Part shown: one piece after another, positions 63,341 through 64,000 of the stretch | Layout: each line of letters opens with the position of its first letter | How positions within the stretch are numbered: position 1 is the stretch's first letter | The notes under the pieces: generated by a model | Seen by the model: only the letters and a program-made list of their open reading frames with translations | Told to the model about the DNA's origin: nothing | The model's database searches: none | Translations under genes and position numbers: made by a program | Source: a virus | Length of the DNA: 64,000 nucleotides | IMG/VR virus record: IMGVR_UViG_3300020147_000009 | Span: 530 to 64,529 of that record | Direction: 5' to 3' (one strand)

Positions 63341-63780
63341 GCTACTATCTTTTCCTTTCTATATTCAATTAATAATGGCTGATTCAAGGCGTCGTCATCA
63401 TCAGACATTAAAATCAACCATGGGATATTGCTAATGTATTCTCTCTTATTTGCAAGAATTTCTCTTAAGGATTTGAATACAACTTCTTCATCAGTAGCTG
63501 AATAAATTGCAGATTCATCACTACTAAGAGTTAGAAATACATAAACTTTAAAATCTGGTCCTTGCATGGAACAGAAGTGTTTCCATTGCCAAAATTCAGT
63601 TTTCATTCCAGCTTCTTCTCGGAATTCACGAATCATAGCATCAATAGGTATTTCATTTTCTTCTATCTTACCACCAACTCCATTGATAAGACCTTTTTGC
63701 CATTCAGGTTTGTTCTTACGAATAAGAGCATATCTATTTGTGTTCTGGTCGTAAGCAAATCCTAATACATATTCTTTCAT
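63337..63780 (-). CDS. Nudix hydrolase
   Basis: Nudix box GGKIEENEIPIDAMIREFREEAGM. Confidence 0.7.
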   Translation of the reverse strand: MKEYVLGFAYDQNTNRYALIRKNKPEWQKGLINGVGGKIEENEIPIDAMIREFREEAGMKTEFWQWKHFCSMQGPDFKVYVFLTLSSDESAIYSATDEEVVFKSLREILANKREYISNIPWLILMSDDDDALNQPLLIEYRKEKIVA

Positions 63781-63992
63781 TCTTCAATTATCCATTCATT
63801 TAATTCTTCACACCAAACAGCCTCTTTCCTAGCAATCATATAGCTTAGTTTCTCATTAGACATAGGAATGACGTTATCATTCTCATCTATTCCATGAGAA
63901 ACTAAAACGTCGGTGCGACCAGTATGTTCGTCTGTTTCTTTGACAGTTACTATGACAATCAAGACCAGGACCTTGACTTCTCTTGAACCCAC
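63777..63992 (-). CDS. hypothetical protein (71 aa)
   Basis: ORF. Confidence 0.4.
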   Translation of the reverse strand: MGSREVKVLVLIVIVTVKETDEHTGRTDVLVSHGIDENDNVIPMSNEKLSYMIARKEAVWCEELNEWIIEE

Positions 63993-64000
63993 TCTGTATG

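Noticed and set aside
285-63765. All plus-strand ORFs in the six-frame track (e.g. 7188..7694, 36354..36965, 52311..52775, 54622..54957)
   Set aside because: Each lies antisense within a well-supported minus-strand gene, has low-complexity or repeat-driven composition and no SD or promoter context. The 36354..36965 ORF mirrors the EA-repeat coiled coil of the SPFH gene.
1-64000. CRISPR arrays, rRNA genes, integrase/transposase genes
   Set aside because: No direct-repeat/spacer architecture, no rRNA-like conserved segments, and no recombinase motifs were seen anywhere in the window.

Overview
The window is an AT-rich (~34% GC) early/middle region of a T4-like (Tevenvirinae-type) myovirus. It carries ~115 densely packed, often translationally coupled genes (ATGA/TAATG overlaps), essentially all on the minus strand. 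The plus-strand ORFs in the supplied track are shadow ORFs.

Recognisable T4-type genes, by similarity to the T4 proteins named:
- DNA polymerase gp43-like, replicative helicase gp41-like, primase gp61-like, UvsX recombinase, RNase H, DNA ligase gp30-like and a DexA-like exonuclease.
- dCMP hydroxymethylase gp42-like (so the DNA is expected to carry hmC), a MazG-type dNTP pyrophosphatase (dCTPase candidate), class I RNR nrdB/nrdA, ThyX and a Nudix hydrolase.
- A GIY-YIG homing endonuclease, a separated i-/o-spanin pair, and a SleB-like endolysin with flanking membrane proteins.

Transcription signals read from the sequence:
- Sigma70-like early promoters with a conserved ATTTTACTTTAAA...TATAAT motif recur in the intergenic gaps.
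- Four TATAAATA late-promoter motifs were found.
- One clear intrinsic terminator was found.

Accessory content with no classical T4 counterpart that I can see:
1. A contiguous cluster at 43.9-48.4 kb: a Bgt-like DNA glycosyltransferase, a myo-inositol-1-phosphate synthase homolog, an FkbM methyltransferase, a small HAD phosphatase and an unknown 350-aa protein. An FdtA-like cupin next to gene 42 and a cytidylyltransferase-like domain in a 706-aa protein may belong with it. Together this looks like an undescribed nucleotide-sugar/cyclitol pathway for decorating hmC DNA.
2. An unusually large RNA-repair/counter-defense set:
   - Three KxDG RNA-ligase-like proteins, one fused to a tRNA-binding OB domain.
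   - A 2H phosphoesterase that is also an Acb1-like anti-CBASS candidate.
   - A metallophosphoesterase, a Cys-based dual-specificity phosphatase, and an adjacent NADAR + DUF4326 pair.
   - Several NDT/LOG-superfamily Rossmann proteins.
3. A flotillin-like SPFH protein.
4. Two adjacent giant ORFs: a 706-aa protein, and a 1106-aa His/Lys-rich hydrophilic protein.
5. A PTH2-like peptidyl-tRNA hydrolase gene interrupted by an in-frame amber codon.
6. A GC-rich island at ~57.4-58.4 kb.
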